Below, piece after piece: positions 28,153 through 30,661 of a stretch of 30,661 nucleotides of DNA; the first letter of the stretch is position 1; each line of letters starts with the position of its first letter. The notes under the pieces were generated by a model that was not told the origin of the DNA, did no database searches, and saw only the letters and a program-made list of their open reading frames with translations. The translations under genes were made by a program, and so were the position numbers. Source of the stretch: a virus (taxonomy: Duplodnaviria > Caudoviricetes); IMG/VR virus record IMGVR_UViG_3300030433_002580, positions 1-30,661 of that record; one strand, given 5' to 3'.

Positions 28153-28392
28153 GCACATGCCAGAATCGAACAACTGAGGGATCAAATCTGAATTGGTCAC
28201 TTTGTAACCGTAACCGTAAACACGAGAGTTAAACTCACGGGAAAAATCCTTGATTTGAATGTAACTTTTGGACTGTGTTTTTCCCATGAAAGTGACAACT
28301 TTAAGCATCAGGCGATTGTGAATCTCACCCGTTGCAAATTTGAGCGGGTAGAAGTCAACAACCATGTTTCCGTTTTTTGCTGTGAGTTGCAT
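28141..28392 (-). CDS. Early-type hypothetical protein (83 aa)
   Basis: MQLTAKNGNMVVDFYP... with its own promoter and A/C-rich leader. Confidence 0.8.
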   Translation of the reverse strand: MQLTAKNGNMVVDFYPLKFATGEIHNRLMLKVVTFMGKTQSKSYIQIKDFSREFNSRVYGYGYKVTNSDLIPQLFDSGMCCAC

Positions 28393-28415
28393 CGGTCTGG
28401 GTTTGAACTGAACAC

Positions 28416-28508
28416 ATAATGCCCCAAAATCGGACCTTGTGCCAGAAAAGTGGACAGTTCAGAAAGTGGCACAGCAACCTCCCATAGTGTCCCAATCCCT
28501 GTTATCTT
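28416..28508. promoter_or_regulatory. Divergent promoter pair around dyad motif copy 4
   Basis: Dyad GTGGACA-GTTCAGAAAG-TGGCACA (28450-28473). - strand TGGCAC-17 nt-CATTAT. + strand extended -10 TGtTATCTT (28500-28508). Confidence 0.7.
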
Positions 28509-28514
28509 ATAAGA

Positions 28515-28581
28515 AATCAGAGGAGCGGTGGGGTAACCGTGCGGACGACAATACATCGCCACCGAACCTGCCGTCCGGTAA
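28515..28581 (+). ncRNA. Candidate structured small RNA, copy B
   Basis: ORF-less, directly after a + strand extended -10. Stem CGGTGG/CCACCG (28526-31/28559-64). Paralogous to 27544-27612. Confidence 0.55.
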
Positions 28582-28585
28582 ACAT

Positions 28586-28608
28586 AAAAAAAACCCCTGT
28601 CAAGGGGT
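28586..28608 (-). terminator. Rho-independent terminator with TTGACA loop
   Basis: - strand ACCCC-TTGACA-GGGGT followed by a T run, about 30 nt after the stop at 28640. Confidence 0.7.
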
Positions 28609-28610
28609 CG

Positions 28611-28634
28611 TGTGCCAGTTTAGAAAGTGTCCAC
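28611..28634. promoter_or_regulatory. Dyad motif copy 5
   Basis: TGTGCCA-GTTTAGAAAG-TGTCCAC, 7 nt from a - strand TTGACA. The spacer matches copy 4 at 9 of 10 positions. Confidence 0.7.
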
Positions 28635-28639
28635 TGTTC

Positions 28640-28828
28640 TCACCAGACAGGTTCAATCTCCTTTACTGTGGCGGAGACACATTCATCACCTTCCAAACCT
28701 AGGACATCATTCCAATCATAGGACTCTATGTCTAGGTCATCATAACACTCTACATCAAGTGTAACACGGATGGTACGCTTTGTGTGTGTAAGCATGTGTC
28801 TAGTGCGTGTGTGCATGTATTGTATCAC
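28640..28828 (-). CDS. Small acidic hypothetical protein (51-62 aa)
   Basis: RTIRVTLDVECYDDLDIESYDWNDVLGLEGDECV. Start is either GTG 28828 (GTGA overlap with the upstream stop) or ATG 28795. Confidence 0.7.
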   Translation of the reverse strand: MIQYMHTRTRHMLTHTKRTIRVTLDVECYDDLDIESYDWNDVLGLEGDECVSATVKEIEPVW

Positions 28829-29022
28829 GCATAATGACGATACGCAAGTGCATCATAATCTAGTGTGTCACGCGCATAATCGTCATCTTGATCTAGTTCT
28901 AGATCTTCATCTAGATTAACTTGACTAGACGAACGAGATTGTATCCAAGAGTCATAAATCTCGTCGAGATCGTACTCGTACTGTGGCGCATAAGTATAGT
29001 CGAGATCGTAGTCGTCGTACAT
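28825..29022 (-). CDS. Small very acidic Asp/Tyr-rich protein (65 aa)
   Basis: MYDDYDLDYTYAPQYEYDLDE... with a near-consensus promoter and GAGGA Shine-Dalgarno directly upstream. Confidence 0.75.
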   Translation of the reverse strand: MYDDYDLDYTYAPQYEYDLDEIYDSWIQSRSSSQVNLDEDLELDQDDDYARDTLDYDALAYRHYA

Positions 29023-29045
29023 AATCCTCGTCTAGATTCCTGTGT

Positions 29046-29074
29046 ATTATACAGATAACTCGTCTAGAAGTCAA
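29046..29074 (-). promoter_or_regulatory. Sigma70-type promoter heading the early-type cluster
   Basis: TTGACT-17 nt-TATAAT. Confidence 0.88.
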
Positions 29075-29103
29075 GCAGAAATCTAGACTAGATTCATAGT
29101 GGT

Positions 29104-29111
29104 TATTTATA
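29104..29111 (-). promoter_or_regulatory. T4-type late promoter consensus
   Basis: Exact TATAAATA on the - strand in non-coding DNA. Confidence 0.6.
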
Positions 29112-29163
29112 CAAGACTCAAATAAAATGTGTGGGTCTCCTGATTTTCGCCCGTCCCTGTGGG

Positions 29164-29192
29164 TTGACAGACTGCGCGTCTTATGATACGCT
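29164..29192 (+). promoter_or_regulatory. Sigma70-type promoter firing into an ORF-less region
   Basis: TTGACA-17 nt-TACGCT with an extended TG at 29184-29185. Confidence 0.7.
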
Positions 29193-29207
29193 CGCTTAGC
29201 TCACAAG

Positions 29208-29256
29208 ACCTGGACACCTTTCTATAAGATTTTAGAGCACATACCTGGACACCTTT
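29208..29256 (+). repeat. 14-nt direct repeat ACCTGGACACCTTT x2
   Basis: Exact copies at 29208-29221 and 29243-29256. Confidence 0.9.
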
Positions 29257-29341
29257 ACAAGACATTAAAAGGCATAAAAACACCACAGAGACACTCCCAA
29301 GACACTCTCCAGGTACTCACAAGTAACTCAGAAGATAAAAA

Positions 29342-29394
29342 ACAGTTTTATATTTATTATACTATTTTTAACCTAATTTTTAATATAAAACTGT
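29342..29394. repeat. 13-bp perfect inverted repeat in an AT-rich tract
   Basis: ACAGTTTTATATT (29342-29354) / AATATAAAACTGT (29382-29394). Confidence 0.9.
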
Positions 29395-29400
29395 ATTAAC

Positions 29401-29443
29401 GGATACAATATGCGTAGCATATGTATCCTTAAGCGCATAGCGC
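29401..29443. repeat. Two triloop hairpins
   Basis: GGATAC-a-ATATGC-GTA-GCATAT-GTATCC (29401-29428) and GCGC-ATA-GCGC (29433-29443). Confidence 0.85.
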
Positions 29444-29446
29444 AAA

Positions 29447-30601
29447 TTATACCAAACCCTTCTTTATCTTCTTAATAGGGTCTTCAGGTCTCTTAGGATT
29501 AGTTACCTCTTTATACTGATAGTTTAACTTATCTTCTCTATGCTTATTATCTTCGCTGAAAGGGTAGATTGCTCTACCTGTTCTTGCTGCATCATAGAAT
29601 GACTTTCTATTAGATAATCTCTTCAATAACTCCATTTCTGTCTTTACATTCATCAATGGATTCTTCTTCTTTAATCCTTTAGGTACTACCATCTGTTCAT
29701 TCACTTTACCCTTTCTGATATTTTGAATAATCTTCTCTGCTGTTTGTCTCTTAATATCAGATACTGTTCTTACAAGATCATCATAATTTCTAACACCTGC
29801 TTTTCTCATTAACTGTGCTGCTGTTCTAAACTTATTCTCTGTAACTAATCCCTGTTTGATTAACTCATCCTTTTGCTTTTGTGGGATGTTCATTCCATCC
29901 AGTTCTGCTCTGCTAATCTTCTTTCTTTCACCTTTGGGAGTTCTTCTACTTGTAGTTGTAGTGGTAGTAGAACTCTTCTCCAATCTATTAACTCTTCTTC
30001 TTGGAGAATTTCTTACACTCTGAATCAATGCATCCAATCTATCATCAAATCCTTTCTCCATTCTTTGTGCTGTGCTTGCACTTGCTGTATCAGTCTTAGG
30101 TCCCGTACGGGGTGCAGTAGTTCTAGCAGTAGATGGTTTTAACTTTGTTACTGTAGGTTCTCCTAACTTACTAGCAGGTAGAGATTTGATTGTCGTCCTT
30201 GAAGTTGGTGCTGGTTGTATTAAATCCTTTCCTTCTACCTTTCTCATAAAGTTTTGAAGAGATAATCCCCCTGCTTTACGGTTTGCGCTAGCGCTTAATC
30301 GTCTTTGTTGGGGTGATAACTTTATCTCTTTAACCTTTGGTTTAGTTGTTGAAGATAATGCGTCTTTTACCTTTCGCGATGTTTGTTGATTGACGAAACC
30401 TTTCCTTCTCAATTCACTCTCAAAGTTTTTAATTGAGCGCCAGTCTGATGTAGTCTTAGGGGCGCTGATTTGATGCCCCAGACTATCTCTGAACTTCAAA
30501 TGTTTTCCCTTATCAGATACTAACTTTGCGCCCCATTCCATTGCCTTCTTAATGAAGACTTTCATCGCCTTTGTGTATGCTTCGTCAAGTATTATTCTCA
30601 C
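29447..30601 (-). CDS. Basic 384-aa protein with N-terminal HicA-like domain and long low-complexity tail
   Basis: GTG start. Residues ~13-69 (KAMEWGAKLVSDKGKHLKFRDSLGHQISAPKTTSDWRSIKNFESELRRKGF) fit the HicA alpha-beta-beta-beta-alpha pattern with a G-x-H motif. The remainder is K/R/T/S-rich. Confidence 0.7.
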   Translation of the reverse strand: MRIILDEAYTKAMKVFIKKAMEWGAKLVSDKGKHLKFRDSLGHQISAPKTTSDWRSIKNFESELRRKGFVNQQTSRKVKDALSSTTKPKVKEIKLSPQQRRLSASANRKAGGLSLQNFMRKVEGKDLIQPAPTSRTTIKSLPASKLGEPTVTKLKPSTARTTAPRTGPKTDTASASTAQRMEKGFDDRLDALIQSVRNSPRRRVNRLEKSSTTTTTTSRRTPKGERKKISRAELDGMNIPQKQKDELIKQGLVTENKFRTAAQLMRKAGVRNYDDLVRTVSDIKRQTAEKIIQNIRKGKVNEQMVVPKGLKKKNPLMNVKTEMELLKRLSNRKSFYDAARTGRAIYPFSEDNKHREDKLNYQYKEVTNPKRPEDPIKKIKKGLV

Positions 30602-30631
30602 GGCGCTGCTCGTCTCGGAAAACCTCGGAGT

Positions 30632-30638
30632 TATTTAT
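30632..30638 (-). promoter_or_regulatory. Late promoter core (ATAAATA)
   Basis: AATAAATA on the - strand, 31 nt upstream of the GTG of the 384-aa ORF. Confidence 0.6.
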
Positions 30639-30661
30639 TCTATTGTGCATCAGCATACCGA

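Larger units (their letters stand above)
28699..29093. repeat. Cluster of CTAG / ATCT(A/C)GACGAG-like short repeats
   Basis: 12 CTAG counted in about 395 nt. CTCGTCTAGA at 29027 and 29059; CTCGTCGAGAT at 28960. Confidence 0.8.

Noticed and set aside
27544-28581. HDV-like, theta or twister ribozyme, tRNA or known riboswitch identity for the duplicated element
   Set aside because: The nested topology is loosely HDV-like, but I could not find P1.1 or a J4/2 catalytic C on either strand. There is no twister core beyond TAGCACTGC, no cloverleaf or TTC arm, and no downstream ORF on the + strand.
28575-28603. Active - strand promoter from TTGACA at 28598-28603
   Set aside because: The -10 position reads TACCGG, a poor match; the hairpin plus T-run fits a terminator better.
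26158-28634. Dyad repeats as integron attC sites or transposon ends
   Set aside because: No GTTRRRY/RYYYAAC cores, no integrase or transposase in the window, and the fixed distance to -10 boxes fits a promoter element better.
28308-28721. ORFs 28308-28562 (-), 28439-28702 (+) and 28539-28721 (+)
   Set aside because: They run across promoters, the terminator and the RNA-like element, and the similarity between elements A and B includes frame-breaking indels.
29208-29330. Mini CRISPR array
   Set aside because: Only two exact 14-nt repeats with a 21-nt gap; later repeats are short and irregular, and there are no cas genes in the window.
25236-30601. Toxin-antitoxin pair made of the HicA-like and AbrB-like genes
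   Set aside because: They are about 4 kb apart, in separate transcription units and from non-cognate families.

Overview
This is a segment of a T4-like marine cyanophage (cyanomyovirus) genome, and every credible gene is on the - strand. In transcription order (right to left) it has: (1) a late-promoter gene for a basic 384-aa protein with an N-terminal HicA-like domain; (2) a structured non-coding region at 29.0-29.45 kb with origin-like features; (3) a GC-rich island (about 26.1-28.7 kb) of small early-type genes, most with their own sigma70-like promoter; (4) a 2OG-Fe(II) oxygenase, an AbrB-like protein, a GT-A glycosyltransferase-like protein and small conserved ORFs; (5) the AT-rich baseplate operon gp25-gp6-gp7 (4283 aa)-gp8, then a >2000-aa VrlC/DUF4815-type structural protein that runs off the left edge and is missing from the ORF track. 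The most unusual signals are non-coding. A repeated dyad (TGTGCCA-N10-TG(G/T)C(A/C)(C/A)) sits 29-31 nt from -10 boxes. At two copies it has -10 boxes on both sides, pointing to an early gene on the - strand and to one of two paralogous ~68-nt pseudoknot-capable ORF-less elements on the + strand. Nearby are a CTAG/ATCTAGACGAG repeat cluster and a promoter + repeats + AT-rich inverted repeat + GNA-triloop hairpin module. All family calls come from my own reading of the sequence; no database searches were run.
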